Positions 17,477 to 27,951 of a stretch of DNA of 64,000 nt are shown here, piece by piece; the stretch's first letter is position 1; every line of letters starts with the position of its first letter. The position numbers were made by a program, and so were the translations under genes. The notes below the pieces were generated by a model. That model was not told the DNA's origin. It made no database searches and saw only the letters and a program-made list of their open reading frames with translations. Source of the DNA: a virus (taxonomy: Duplodnaviria > Caudoviricetes); the IMG/VR virus record IMGVR_UViG_2791354774_000003. One strand, written 5' to 3'.

Positions 17477-19024
17477 TCAACCGTCGAAGATGGCTACGGA
17501 GATAATACTCGCGTCTCGCAGGGCATCATTTCGGTCGAACAACCGAATTGCAACTTGAGACGCACTCTCGCCGAACGTCTGCACAGTAACCGGGGCATTC
17601 GTTGAGACAACGGGTGTTTTAGTCGCGTTCCCCGTTGAGTCGAGTAGAGTTATCGTGTAGGTGCCGGTTGCATCTTTAGAAATATTCGCCACACCAAATG
17701 ACGATACCGGCGCAACTTGCCCGCTCGCCACAGTGCCGTCGAACCTAGCGCGGGCGATAACCCGAGCGCTGAGTAGTCCAGGCGCCTCAACCGGGCTGTT
17801 GTAAATCGGTGAACTATCGCTGAAGGTAAACTTGTTCGACGGGCCGTAGTGCTGGATATATCTGCGAGAAGCCAGAGGCTGATAATCATTGTAACTTCGA
17901 TGAGCGCACGCCCTCATATCAAGTTTGACATGGCCAGAATTCGCACTTGTCTCAACCATGACGTTGTGCGTGGCAAAATGCGATGAATCCGGCCGATTGA
18001 AGGTAACTCCGGTCATTGAATAGGTTGAGGGATCGCTGCCTGCGGTCAGCATTATATCGGAGAGTCCAATATTCCCCTCAACATATGTACCCAGCATCGA
18101 CAGCGCTGCTCCGCCTTCGCCGCCCGAGTTGAGCATCTGAAGGCCGAACCCAAATCCCCCAGCATCTCCCCCGTTTGCCTCGATGCTTCCCCCTACAATC
18201 GCCACACAAGATGCAGCTTCGATATGAGCCCCGTAGAGAGAATTTAGAGAAATAACGGGGGCGTTAAATGTAAGCGCGTTTCCATTCGAGAATGTAGTTC
18301 TCGGGAATACGCGCAGCCCAGCACGATTGTATTTTGCTTCCCACTTACTAAAGGAGCAAGAGACGACGTCTGTGAGTCCGAACCCGAGCCCGAACCCTTC
18401 CACATAAATGGGATCAAAATCGGCAAAGGCTAGTTTTTTCAGCGACAGGCCGACGGCCTGCTGTTTGCCGCCCGTCGTGATTGTAAATCCCCCCAGGCGG
18501 TGCCTCAAATAGGCGCCGAAATTTCCGCTGATGGCCGGGTCTCCAACAATCGTCAGCGCTGACAGATTGCCATCTGGCCCGTCATAGAACAATTGTGCCG
18601 ATGAGGGGCCAGCAGCCTGGAAGTTTGGCGTGCGCCCATCTTCAAGTCGCTTGGAGATATCGAGGGTGAGCGGTCTTACAAATCTAAATTTCCCTTTGTT
18701 TAGAAAGAAACGATCCGCCCTCAGGGAGGCGTTCCCCAAGGCATCTTCCAAGTATGCCGTTGCATCGGTAACACCATCCCCTGGCGCTCCAAGCGCTTTG
18801 AAGTTGATGTCGTCACTGAACCAATCACGCAACAGTCGCCCGGCGACGGGCTGCTGTGGGAGCTTGTCTTTTTGGACCGCGCCGTCGATAGCGGCGGCGA
18901 TCGTCTTGATTCCACCTTCAAGCGGCACAGGTGCCGCAGCTAACGCTGCGCCAACCCGCGCATCTCCAGGCTTCAATTCGGACAGAACACCGTCGATATA
19001 TGCGCCAAAGCGAAACTCGGGCAT
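17477..19024 (-). CDS. Tailspike / putative beta-helix polysaccharide depolymerase
   Basis: INFKALGAPGDGVTDAT motif; visibly lower GC. Confidence 0.75.
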   Translation of the reverse strand: MPEFRFGAYIDGVLSELKPGDARVGAALAAAPVPLEGGIKTIAAAIDGAVQKDKLPQQPVAGRLLRDWFSDDINFKALGAPGDGVTDATAYLEDALGNASLRADRFFLNKGKFRFVRPLTLDISKRLEDGRTPNFQAAGPSSAQLFYDGPDGNLSALTIVGDPAISGNFGAYLRHRLGGFTITTGGKQQAVGLSLKKLAFADFDPIYVEGFGLGFGLTDVVSCSFSKWEAKYNRAGLRVFPRTTFSNGNALTFNAPVISLNSLYGAHIEAASCVAIVGGSIEANGGDAGGFGFGLQMLNSGGEGGAALSMLGTYVEGNIGLSDIMLTAGSDPSTYSMTGVTFNRPDSSHFATHNVMVETSANSGHVKLDMRACAHRSYNDYQPLASRRYIQHYGPSNKFTFSDSSPIYNSPVEAPGLLSARVIARARFDGTVASGQVAPVSSFGVANISKDATGTYTITLLDSTGNATKTPVVSTNAPVTVQTFGESASQVAIRLFDRNDALRDASIISVAIFDG

Positions 19025-19074
19025 GCAGATGCCTTGCTGTCAGGTGATGTACGGAAGACAGGAGCGCGCGAGCG

Positions 19075-21345
19075 CTAGAAGCCCTCAACCGTCCAGTACG
19101 CCGCCAGGGTCACCCCAGAGGCGTTGCCGGCGACAACGACAGTGATTACCGTGCCCGTGACGCTGATGATCGAGAGCCCGACTGTGGCGCCGTTCGAGTT
19201 GCCCGGCGTCACCATGGCGACCGGCGTCTCGTGGAAGAACGGGAGGACGCCGCCGGACCGGCGCGGGAGCGGGATGGTAAACCGTCCCTGAGCGTCGGAC
19301 GTGTACACGCCGACTCCCTTGAACCGATAGTAGCCGCTGTCGCTGACCGTCCCGCCTTTTGAAGCCGCATCGGCCTCGCTGATCTGGTACGGCTGATCGC
19401 CCGTGCCGGCGTAGACGACGACCGGCGGGTTGCCCCACCAATTCAACAGTTTCGTGCGACGCTCGACGATCGTGCCCGTCTTCGACCCACCCATACGGAA
19501 GGCGCACGTTGCGGTGGCGTGGTCGGTGAGCAGCGAGCTTCCGGTGATCTCGCCCGCGAAGCAGGCCGTGTCCGTGTGGACGAGGACGTAGTTGGTACGC
19601 GTGCTCCCGTCCGAGGGGGCTCCGGCCGAGAACTGCATTCCGTCCAGCATGAAGTCGTTCACGTCGCGGAAGTTGACGTGCCGCAGCTCGCCCCCATCCG
19701 TCACGACGCCGGCCGGCAGCGGTCGGCCGGCGTTGTTGGCCGTCTGTATCCAGAACCCGCCACGCACGCGCACGCCCTTGCAGCGGTACATGTCGAGGGC
19801 GAACCCGAGGCCTTCCCAATCGCAGCCATTGAACTCCCAGAGGAGGGAGTAATAGAAGCCGGAGCGACTGTTGTTGACGCGACAGAAGCCCCAGCCGTTG
19901 TAGCCATGGCATCCAGAAAACAGCACGGCTTCGAGGGCTTGAGCGCAAGAACAGTCCCACGCCCACGTATAGTTGGCGACGATGACGTCCTTCCACGAGT
20001 AGGCGAACGAGCCGTAGGTGCAGGCATTGGTGACCTTGACCTCAATGCCGGCGCCAGCCTGCATCTGATTGTCGGGACCGAACACCTGAAGGTCGTAGAT
20101 CGTCGCCCCGCGCGGCATATCTCCGAGCAGCCATCCGCGTGTACCGCGATCAAATCGAGCCTTCTGCACGGTGAGGCATTGGCCGCGTCCGATCCCGCCC
20201 ACACCGAAGAATGTCGTGAGCAGGGTCGTCGGAACGCTCGACGCACTGTCGAGATCGACGCCGCGCCATGTGAAGGGCCCCGACGCCTTCGCGGCCTCCG
20301 TGCCGTGATTCCAGCACCCCGACGAGGCTCCGACGCATTTGATCGTCGCGGGACCGGGGCTTGAGACGTGGCATGCCTTGGTTGCGGTGCTGTCGATCGG
20401 GAACGAGGTCAGCGCCGTGCAGCCGCGCGGGAGCACCGTGCAAGAGGCCATCCCGTTCCCGACGGCAATATCGATCCGACGCTGGATCGCGTGGCCGTCG
20501 ATCTCCTCCGTCAGGGCGACCGCACGCGGGAATACGGCTTTCGCTGCCGCTAGGCCCGCCGAGCCCGTGCCGAATCGCTCGCTGAGCGGATGGCTCTGCC
20601 CGTCTCCAACGAAGCCGAGCGCGCGCAGCTCAGCGCCCTCAATCATCAGGTCGGCGAGCCAATCGAGGATCGTCTTGTTCGAGGACGGAAGGTTGTAGCC
20701 GGCCGCCGCTTGAAGGAACGCGGCGAGACCGAGCTTGCCCGACAGAGCGGGGTCCAGCGCGGCCGGCGTCACGAACTTGTCGGTCGCCTCGCCTTGATCC
20801 ACGTCGGCGGACGATGCGGCCGAGGCGAACCCGCCCGGCACGACGAGCGCCGTACCCTCCTCGGCAACGACGCGCGCCTCCCCGAGGGCGACGACGACCT
20901 GACCTGATGCCGTCGCGGTCGCCACAATCTGCCGCCAGCCAGAGGCGGGAGGGGTCGTGACGAGGGTGCCGTTGGCTCCGACGAAGAGTGTTGTCCCAGC
21001 CGTGAAGCCGCCGTCGGGGCCGAGCAAGTCCCCGGCATTCTGGATGGAGGCCGGCAATCCAACCGAAGCGCCCCGTGCCGTGATGCCGATGATTCGGCCT
21101 CGGTGGGTAGGATCGGAGGGGGCCGCAGGAATGACCGAGCCGTCCGCATTGGCAACGAGAGCCCGCCAGGCCGGGATGCTCGCCGCAGCGGTGCGGGTAA
21201 AGATGACGCCCTGCCCCGGTGCGCCATCGCGGCCATCGGTGCCGTTCCGGCCATCCACGCCGTCAGTGCCGTCACGCCCTGGCGTGCCGATGCCCGGCAC
21301 ATAGATGGCGGACGGTGCGGGCACCGTGCTGTTTACGATAGCCAT
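19075..21345 (-). CDS. Tail fibre/tailspike with collagen-like N-terminus
   Basis: GRDGTDGVDGRNGTDGRDG; GFVGDGQSHPLSERF; beta-helix-like body. Confidence 0.75.
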   Translation of the reverse strand: MAIVNSTVPAPSAIYVPGIGTPGRDGTDGVDGRNGTDGRDGAPGQGVIFTRTAAASIPAWRALVANADGSVIPAAPSDPTHRGRIIGITARGASVGLPASIQNAGDLLGPDGGFTAGTTLFVGANGTLVTTPPASGWRQIVATATASGQVVVALGEARVVAEEGTALVVPGGFASAASSADVDQGEATDKFVTPAALDPALSGKLGLAAFLQAAAGYNLPSSNKTILDWLADLMIEGAELRALGFVGDGQSHPLSERFGTGSAGLAAAKAVFPRAVALTEEIDGHAIQRRIDIAVGNGMASCTVLPRGCTALTSFPIDSTATKACHVSSPGPATIKCVGASSGCWNHGTEAAKASGPFTWRGVDLDSASSVPTTLLTTFFGVGGIGRGQCLTVQKARFDRGTRGWLLGDMPRGATIYDLQVFGPDNQMQAGAGIEVKVTNACTYGSFAYSWKDVIVANYTWAWDCSCAQALEAVLFSGCHGYNGWGFCRVNNSRSGFYYSLLWEFNGCDWEGLGFALDMYRCKGVRVRGGFWIQTANNAGRPLPAGVVTDGGELRHVNFRDVNDFMLDGMQFSAGAPSDGSTRTNYVLVHTDTACFAGEITGSSLLTDHATATCAFRMGGSKTGTIVERRTKLLNWWGNPPVVVYAGTGDQPYQISEADAASKGGTVSDSGYYRFKGVGVYTSDAQGRFTIPLPRRSGGVLPFFHETPVAMVTPGNSNGATVGLSIISVTGTVITVVVAGNASGVTLAAYWTVEGF

Positions 21346-21428
21346 GATGGGAGACCCACGGCGCAAGGGACCGCGGAGGCGGACAGCCTCGACACGATCA
21401 GGAGCGGAAAAGGGTGATGCGTGACCCG

Positions 21429-22109
21429 TCAGGCCACGCGGGTGACGCCCGGCACGATGTTCGCCGTGCCGCTGTAGACGCGGCGCGTGATGCTGCCGTC
21501 GCGGGCAATCAGGTCGTAGTCGTAGAGGGCTGGTGCGATGCCCTGCATCTTGGCGGCAGGGAAGGCGATGTTGACCGTTCCACCGGCGCCTGCGTTGACC
21601 AGCGTCGGCGTCGGGGCCGCTTCGGTCGAAGCCGACAGAACCACCGTGGCAGGATAGTCCGAGGCCGTGCCAAGCGTGCGCCGAAGCTGCATGTCGAAGC
21701 GGATGCCAGACACGTCCTGCAAGGCGCCGAGCACAGCCAGCGAGAACCCATCATCGACCGCGAAAGCCGTTGAACCCTGATTGACCGTCAGGCTCATTCC
21801 GTTGACGACGAGCGGCGCGCCGACGACCCCGCGGGCGAGTTCGTTCGCTCCCCCGCCGACTTGGAGCAGTGAGAGCGAGTAGAAGGTTGCCCCCGCCTCG
21901 ATATCGGTGATGACGATGCGATACGTGCCGAGCGGCGTGTAGGGCTGCACCGTCACGGCGCCGACCGTGCCGTTGCCCTTGTTGGATGGATCGGCCACCT
22001 CGACCGGCGACGCTGCCACGACGAAGGCGAAGCCATCGACCCAATCCTCGTTGGTGCCGGTCTCGAAATTCTGCTTGCGCGGGATGATATTGAGGATCTG
22101 GCTCACCAC
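21429..22109 (-). CDS. Tail fibre adaptor-like structural protein
   Basis: GNGTVGAVTV; C-terminal YDYDLI...VPGVTR. Confidence 0.6.
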   Translation of the reverse strand: MVSQILNIIPRKQNFETGTNEDWVDGFAFVVAASPVEVADPSNKGNGTVGAVTVQPYTPLGTYRIVITDIEAGATFYSLSLLQVGGGANELARGVVGAPLVVNGMSLTVNQGSTAFAVDDGFSLAVLGALQDVSGIRFDMQLRRTLGTASDYPATVVLSASTEAAPTPTLVNAGAGGTVNIAFPAAKMQGIAPALYDYDLIARDGSITRRVYSGTANIVPGVTRVA

Positions 22110-22117
22110 GAGAGGGC

Positions 22118-22543
22118 TTAGCTCCCGATCGTCACGGCTTGGCGAAAAAGGTCGTCGATGGCGGCGCTGTCGAGGTCCACAAGTTCGCCGATCGCAGTCA
22201 CGTAGGCGTTGTTGCGCTCCCACGTGCCCGCAAGTGCGTACCAGTCCTTGACGTCGTCATCCGCCTTGGCGATGGCCGCCTCCACCTTCTCACGCAGATC
22301 AGAGCGGCGAAGCTGGATCTTGGCCTGCGCCGCACTGATGCTCGGCGGAACTGGATCGGGCTGCGGCGGGGGCTTCTTGAACTTGCCCTTGGCGTAGAGG
22401 TCTCCTTCCGCCACGCTGTCGTTGCAGGCAACCAGAGCCGCAGCGAACTCGGGCCGGAACACATCCTCGCCGGGCTTCAGGCCATCTTCGACGGTCAGGA
22501 TCTCGCGAACCGTCCCGTCCACGACATGGGCGAAGGTCTGCAT
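22118..22543 (-). CDS. Tail fibre assembly-like protein
   Basis: SISAAQAKIQL...WERNN...IDDLFRQA. Confidence 0.65.
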   Translation of the reverse strand: MQTFAHVVDGTVREILTVEDGLKPGEDVFRPEFAAALVACNDSVAEGDLYAKGKFKKPPPQPDPVPPSISAAQAKIQLRRSDLREKVEAAIAKADDDVKDWYALAGTWERNNAYVTAIGELVDLDSAAIDDLFRQAVTIGS

Positions 22544-22558
22544 GTCAAAGAGCCCCGA

Positions 22559-23743
22559 TCAGTACTGAATGAAGATGGCGCCATCCGCGCCGTTACCGCC
22601 GACCTGAGCGGTGTTCGTGTGCCAGATGCCGCCGCCGCCGGAGCCCGGAGCGAAGCCGTCAAGCACGCCGTTGGTGTTGTTGGTCGCAGTTCGACCGCCG
22701 CCACCGAAGGCTGATGCCGCACCCTGGCCGCCTTGGACGGCGTTGCTGTAGGGGTTCCCGTCGCCGCCGTTTGAGCCGTAGAGATTGCGCTGGCCGCCGA
22801 GCCCGCCGCCGGGCGTGCCGCCAGGCGAGCCGTTGCCGCCTCCGCGTCCACCTGTGCCGCCGGACGCCTGCATCAGCGAACCGACCGTGGTTGTGCCACC
22901 GGTTGTCGCCACAGCATTGTTGCCGTTGTTCGCGCCGATGCCCTTGGCTCCGACGACGAGCGCGATGGTGTCGCCGGGATTGACGCTGAACCAGCCCGCA
23001 GCGTATCCGCCCGAGCCGCCGCCGCCCGACGACCACGTCGCGCCGCCGCCGCCGCCTCCACCGCCACCGCCAGCGCCAACGCACTCGGCGAAGATCCAGA
23101 ACACGCCGGGCGGGACCGTGAAGGTGTAGTTGCCTGCTGCCGTGTAGGACGAGAGACGCCGCGCCGGGAGGTTGGAGGACCGGATGCCCTGCACCCGCAG
23201 AACCGAGCCGTCATCCGACATGAGCAGGATGTCGCCCGTGCCCCAATCGCCAGCCTGGATCTGCGTGCCATCCGATCTGACGACTGCACGAGCACCCTGC
23301 CCGTCGAGGTTGGCAACCACGGCCCCGGTTGGCGCAAACAGCACGCGGATCTGGTAGAGCGCGCCGGCCACGTAGCTTGCGATGTCGGGCGAGACGTTGG
23401 CGACGATGTTGTTCTGCGTGCCCGTATCTAGACCATAGTGAACCCGCTCGACCGAAGGCACCACGTTGGCGCCAACGTATTGACCAAGCGCGTTCTGAAA
23501 GTTGGTCCGCAGTCCAGCGATGTCGCCGTTATCGCGCGCATCGTAGTTTTGCGCCGCGATGAAGTCACCGATCATGGAGGCGAGGACGGTGCCTTGTCGC
23601 CATGCATTGTTGGCGAGGAGCGGATCGGCCTCCCCTTCCACGACGCCGGTTTGCCGCGCCGCGTTCGCCATGTAACTGGCGACGGTGTAGACATTCGCTC
23701 CCGAACCCGTAGCGAACGGGTAGAAGTCGTTCTGACCAGCCAT
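22559..23743 (-). CDS. Glycine-rich tail fibre protein
   Basis: NDFYPFATGSGANV baseplate anchor; GAGGGGG Gly-rich domain. Confidence 0.8.
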   Translation of the reverse strand: MAGQNDFYPFATGSGANVYTVASYMANAARQTGVVEGEADPLLANNAWRQGTVLASMIGDFIAAQNYDARDNGDIAGLRTNFQNALGQYVGANVVPSVERVHYGLDTGTQNNIVANVSPDIASYVAGALYQIRVLFAPTGAVVANLDGQGARAVVRSDGTQIQAGDWGTGDILLMSDDGSVLRVQGIRSSNLPARRLSSYTAAGNYTFTVPPGVFWIFAECVGAGGGGGGGGGGATWSSGGGGSGGYAAGWFSVNPGDTIALVVGAKGIGANNGNNAVATTGGTTTVGSLMQASGGTGGRGGGNGSPGGTPGGGLGGQRNLYGSNGGDGNPYSNAVQGGQGAASAFGGGGRTATNNTNGVLDGFAPGSGGGGIWHTNTAQVGGNGADGAIFIQY

Positions 23744-23774
23744 TGCTTGCCTGCAAGTTAGGGGAGGCGGAGCC

Positions 23775-24566
23775 TCAAGCTTTGTTCAGCAGATATTCCG
23801 GGGAAACGGCCCAAGCGCCTGCCCCCCAGCCGGAAATGTACTTGTTCTGCACGCCGAATCCGAAGATCGGCCGCCGATTGACCGAGGTGACGCGGTACGT
23901 CACCGTCACGCCGGCTGGTTTCAACCGAAGTGCGTTCTGACCGAGCAATCCGAGCATGACCGGAGGCGGGATCTTGCCGGCGATGCAAATGCTCATGGCG
24001 ACGTTGACGGTGCCGATATTCGGCTTCTGCACCCCATCGCCTCGCCAGGAACCCCGCTGCCATCCTCGGCCAGCGATGCCCCACGCGAACGTGGCGCGCG
24101 GGAACGGCACCTGCCCCTTGTCCTGGATAAAGACGAAGGTCTCGGGGTCGATGAAGAAGGCGTCCAACACCTCCTGCGCTCCCGGCACCGTGCCGTCCCA
24201 CCGATTGGCGAGCACCACGGCCTTCAGCAGACGCCGATAGGTCTCGTCATCAAGGAGGGAGACACCGAAGCGCTGCGAGAAGGGCTGGCGCCAAACGCCT
24301 TGGCCCCATCCCCGCCCCGGCGTCGCCCACGCGAAATAGGCATTCGGGATCGGCACCGGCACGCGGCGTGATGGGCCAATCCACTCACCGTCTACATCGA
24401 GTTGCGCGCCGGCCGCCGTGTCGAGATCGTAGGCGACTGGGATTGAGGCGATGACGGCCTTCGCCGTGGTGATCGGCTCCAAAGTGGCCGAGACCGTCGC
24501 GCTGAACTTCGGACGCGGCGATTGCCACGGCGTGATCCGGCCGAGGTAGTCGTCGAGCGTGACCAT
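23775..24566 (-). CDS. DUF2612 baseplate wedge protein
   Basis: YDLDTAAGAQLDVDGEWIG...LDDETYRRLLKA...KPAGV. Confidence 0.85.
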   Translation of the reverse strand: MVTLDDYLGRITPWQSPRPKFSATVSATLEPITTAKAVIASIPVAYDLDTAAGAQLDVDGEWIGPSRRVPVPIPNAYFAWATPGRGWGQGVWRQPFSQRFGVSLLDDETYRRLLKAVVLANRWDGTVPGAQEVLDAFFIDPETFVFIQDKGQVPFPRATFAWGIAGRGWQRGSWRGDGVQKPNIGTVNVAMSICIAGKIPPPVMLGLLGQNALRLKPAGVTVTYRVTSVNRRPIFGFGVQNKYISGWGAGAWAVSPEYLLNKA

Positions 24567-25753
24567 CAGCCGACGACCGTGACGTTCACGTCCTCAGCGG
24601 CGCACACCAAGCGCTCGTAGAAGGCCACCTCCAAGTCAGAGGGCTCGCCCGGCGCAAAGCCGTCGCGCGTCGCTACCATGCCATCCGGCACGATCTCGAA
24701 CGGCGCATTGATCGGCGACTCCTTCAGGTTCGCGGCGTCATAGGCGCGGCTGAGCGGGAGACGGTTGCCAATGCCGAGGGCGTTGACCCAAGCCGCTACA
24801 GCCTGCTGGATCGCAGCCTTGGTATCGGCGGTGTAGCCGCGAAACACCCGGATCGGGATGTAGAACGCGACCTTGACAGGCTTGGAGCGGAAGAACCCGA
24901 CGTCGTGCGGGACGCCGTAATTGTCGGTCACGGGCACGATGACGTCGCCGTAGGTGCCGACACCGGGGGTCTTCTTCCGCGCGATGATGCCCGCGATGTC
25001 GTTGACGTCCCCGCCATCCACCACGGCCGCGATAGAGTGGGCCGGCACGCCATAGACGTCGATGATGTTGCTGTCGTTCTCGTAGACCCGGCTCGCCGCC
25101 ACACCCGATACTGCCATCAGGGCACCGCGGAGGGAGTCAAGCGGGGTGTTCGCCGGCAGGCCTGTGGAGAGCGTCTGTCGCTGCCGAAGCTGGAGGTCCG
25201 TTTCAACAGGCAAGCCGGGCGAAGCCGGGCTCGGGTTCGTGACCGACTGCCATCCAAGCGTCGGAGTTGCGACGATGGTGACGGTATTGGTCGGCGCCTG
25301 GACGTCGCCCTTCACCTGACAGGTTGCTGTTACGGTGATCTGTCCGCTGTTCGGGATGACAACCGGATCAGGCAGGCTCCATGCCACGCCGCTGGCATCT
25401 CGGGCCACGCCATCGGAAATGACCGAACCGACTTGGCCGACAATGAGGAGATCGACGGTGGAGAATGTCGCCGACTTCCGGCGGATGCCGTTCAGCTTGA
25501 CCACCGAAGACAGCCCCTCCCCCTGCGCGGTCGAGGGCGAGAAGGCGTTGAAGACGGAGACGGTCTCACCGTTGCAGTCGTGGATCGCGTTCGCCAGCAG
25601 GGCCATGAATTGGCCATCCTGGCTGTCCGCGCCGAGATACACGTCCTGCCCATAGATGCCGCGGTAGGCCGTCTGCACGTAGCCTAGGACGCTCTCGAAC
25701 GTCGGCCGCACGATACCGGCCGCGGTGATCTGACAAGTTGGGGTGGTGCCCAT
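24566..25753 (-). CDS. Baseplate J-like protein
   Basis: DSQDGQ...FSPSTAQG...ETDLQLRQRQ. Confidence 0.88.
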   Translation of the reverse strand: MGTTPTCQITAAGIVRPTFESVLGYVQTAYRGIYGQDVYLGADSQDGQFMALLANAIHDCNGETVSVFNAFSPSTAQGEGLSSVVKLNGIRRKSATFSTVDLLIVGQVGSVISDGVARDASGVAWSLPDPVVIPNSGQITVTATCQVKGDVQAPTNTVTIVATPTLGWQSVTNPSPASPGLPVETDLQLRQRQTLSTGLPANTPLDSLRGALMAVSGVAASRVYENDSNIIDVYGVPAHSIAAVVDGGDVNDIAGIIARKKTPGVGTYGDVIVPVTDNYGVPHDVGFFRSKPVKVAFYIPIRVFRGYTADTKAAIQQAVAAWVNALGIGNRLPLSRAYDAANLKESPINAPFEIVPDGMVATRDGFAPGEPSDLEVAFYERLVCAAEDVNVTVVG

Positions 25754-25754
25754 A

Positions 25755-26150
25755 TCAGCGCGCCTCGCGGACCGACGTGGTGACGGTCGCGGTGTTGACG
25801 GTCCGGCCCTGCTGGTCGGTCCGGCTGAAATCGGTGATGATCGCCGCGCTGACCAAGAAGCCGCGGGTATCGCGGTTCAGGACGCTGCTGTAGTCCGCGA
25901 TCTCGGTAACGCCGGGCGTGTCGAGGATGCGAGCGCGCAGAGCCGGATCACGCATCGCCTCGGTGCGCTTGCCGAGCACCTGTGTCTCGTAGGGCGTGCC
26001 CTCGTCGAGATCCAAGTACCACTGGCCAGACCAGAGTTGCAGGCGGCTCTCTACGATCTGGGCGACTGCGTCGGGCGTGTCGCGGTGGAAGGCCGCTTGG
26101 TTGCCGCCGAACACGTAGTCGCCGGTCGCATCGACTTTCCGAACCCGCAT
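25755..26150 (-). CDS. Baseplate wedge (gp25/gp46-like) protein
   Basis: RLQLWSGQWYLDLDEGTPY...ILDTPGV. Confidence 0.8.
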   Translation of the reverse strand: MRVRKVDATGDYVFGGNQAAFHRDTPDAVAQIVESRLQLWSGQWYLDLDEGTPYETQVLGKRTEAMRDPALRARILDTPGVTEIADYSSVLNRDTRGFLVSAAIITDFSRTDQQGRTVNTATVTTSVREAR

Positions 26151-26971
26151 CAGCGGATCACCTTAGCGAGCGTGTAGGAAGCGCGTTGGACGCCGTCAGA
26201 GGGCGCCTGGGCGGCCATGGCGATCAGAACGGCACCCGCGCCGATCAGGGCGCCCACAAAGCCGTTGGCGATGCCTGTGAAGCCGCCGCCGACCTGTCCA
26301 GTCAGGGTAGGTGCCTTGAAGCTCTTGTCCGAACTCACGGCATCGGTGAAGTGCGCGGCGCCCTTGAAGGTCGTGCCCTTGGCGGCATCCACAGCGAGCG
26401 CCGTCGAAGTCTTGATGGAGATGCCGCCGGTCGGGTTCACCGAGACCACGTGCTTGCCCCCATCGGCCGCCATGGACGGCCCGTTCTTTGGGTGGAGGTC
26501 GAACACGTGCTTCCCGTCGTCGGACCGCATCTGCGCCGACTCCGTCGAGTAGTTCTCCAGCTTGCGCTTGCCGCTGCGAACGCCGGGGATGAAGAAGCCG
26601 TCCGACAGGCTGTTCCGCCGAGCATCGATCGCTGGCTGCGCGCCGCCCTGCTGATGCCATGCATCAAAGCCGCGCGAGGCGACAAGATAGATCCCCTCCT
26701 CGCCAGACTTGATCGGAAAGGTTGCTGTAGTCCCCCCACCGCTCGCGAACTGGATCGGCACGTCAGAGAACGGAGGCATCTCCACCAGTTCCTTGCTGCC
26801 GTCTGGCTTCCTGCGCACCGCCTTCACGAGCGCCTTTAGCTTCACGGTGTGGCCGTCCTTGCTGTCCTCGGACACGCCGACCGGGATCGCGATGTGCAGG
26901 CCCGAGAGCACCGCGTCGCGGATCGTCTCGTGCATCTCGGTCTCGTCGTCGAAGCGGTAACGCAGATCCAT
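26150..26971 (-). CDS. Gp138-like baseplate spike
   Basis: DVPIQFASGG...FPIKSGEE...SLSDGFFIPG. Confidence 0.85.
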   Translation of the reverse strand: MDLRYRFDDETEMHETIRDAVLSGLHIAIPVGVSEDSKDGHTVKLKALVKAVRRKPDGSKELVEMPPFSDVPIQFASGGGTTATFPIKSGEEGIYLVASRGFDAWHQQGGAQPAIDARRNSLSDGFFIPGVRSGKRKLENYSTESAQMRSDDGKHVFDLHPKNGPSMAADGGKHVVSVNPTGGISIKTSTALAVDAAKGTTFKGAAHFTDAVSSDKSFKAPTLTGQVGGGFTGIANGFVGALIGAGAVLIAMAAQAPSDGVQRASYTLAKVIR

Positions 26972-27945
26972 CAGTTGCCCTCCGCGTCCGAGATGCCGCG
27001 CGAGATCAGCGCGGGGGAATAACCGCCATCAGCCTTCACGCAGACGATCTCGGTGTACCAATTTGGTCCACGGGTATCGCCGTTGTGCTCAACCAGCAGA
27101 GCCTTGTAGAAGCCGTCTGCCGCGATCCCGAGGATGCCGCTCTGCAAGGCTTCGTTCGGGCTCTGATCTCGGAAGAACGTGTTCTGCGCGCCTGCCGCGT
27201 AGGCCGGGCTGATCGCCGCCCGCTGAATGCTTGACTCATTAATCTGAAGCTTCGTGCCGGGCCGGATGCGGTAGTTCAGCAGGCACCGGACGATGACCCC
27301 CTGAAGCGTCTGCTCCGGCAGTCCCACCATGCCCGTGTCGGAGTTCAGAACCACTGCGCCGTCAGGCAGCGTGTTCTGGTTCTTGAGGATGTTCAGCTTG
27401 CCGTTGTGGATGTGCCATGAGGCGCCGGTCGCCTCACAGACCTCTCGCAGCAAGTCTTTCGCCATGCCGAAGCAGATGAAGTTGCGCGGGAATTTCTTGT
27501 TGCCGAGGTCGTCGATGTGCCCGACGCTGACGCCGTACTCCTGAAGCGCCTTAGCGGCGACATCAACCCGATCCCGGAAGGTGTGGCCCGCAGCGAGCGC
27601 CTTGTTGACCACCGCGAAGTTGCGGGGGCGCTCCGAGCCGGTGGCGAGGATGTGGACGTAGGTGTCCACGACGTTCTCCCGACCGGACCGCACTTGAATG
27701 ATCTCACCGGAGAAGATCGTGCCGATGTCCTGATCGTAGCCGGCGCTGATCTCGACCTTCTTGTACTCCTCGCGGATCGCCTCGATGGTCGTCCGGCTCG
27801 GGTTCGTGATGAACAAGTTCAGGACGTGCGGCGTCGAGGTGTCTTTCTGCTGCGTCGCAAACCGCATGCGAAGGCTACTCGGATCAAGCGCCTTGCCGCC
27901 GACCGTGAAACTGGCCTTCCAGTTTCGAGCGTATTGCTGTCCCAT
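26971..27945 (-). CDS. Baseplate hub protein
   Basis: ISAGY...IFSGEI...TGMVGLPEQT...HNGDTRG. Confidence 0.8.
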   Translation of the reverse strand: MGQQYARNWKASFTVGGKALDPSSLRMRFATQQKDTSTPHVLNLFITNPSRTTIEAIREEYKKVEISAGYDQDIGTIFSGEIIQVRSGRENVVDTYVHILATGSERPRNFAVVNKALAAGHTFRDRVDVAAKALQEYGVSVGHIDDLGNKKFPRNFICFGMAKDLLREVCEATGASWHIHNGKLNILKNQNTLPDGAVVLNSDTGMVGLPEQTLQGVIVRCLLNYRIRPGTKLQINESSIQRAAISPAYAAGAQNTFFRDQSPNEALQSGILGIAADGFYKALLVEHNGDTRGPNWYTEIVCVKADGGYSPALISRGISDAEGN

Positions 27946-27951
27946 CGCCCG

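Noticed and set aside
22620-23075. GCC-rich repeats
   Set aside because: Explained by poly-Gly codons of the tail fibre.
17477-23743. Diversity-generating retroelement or invertible tail-fibre cassette
   Set aside because: No reverse transcriptase, invertase, TR/VR pair or flanking inverted sites seen.
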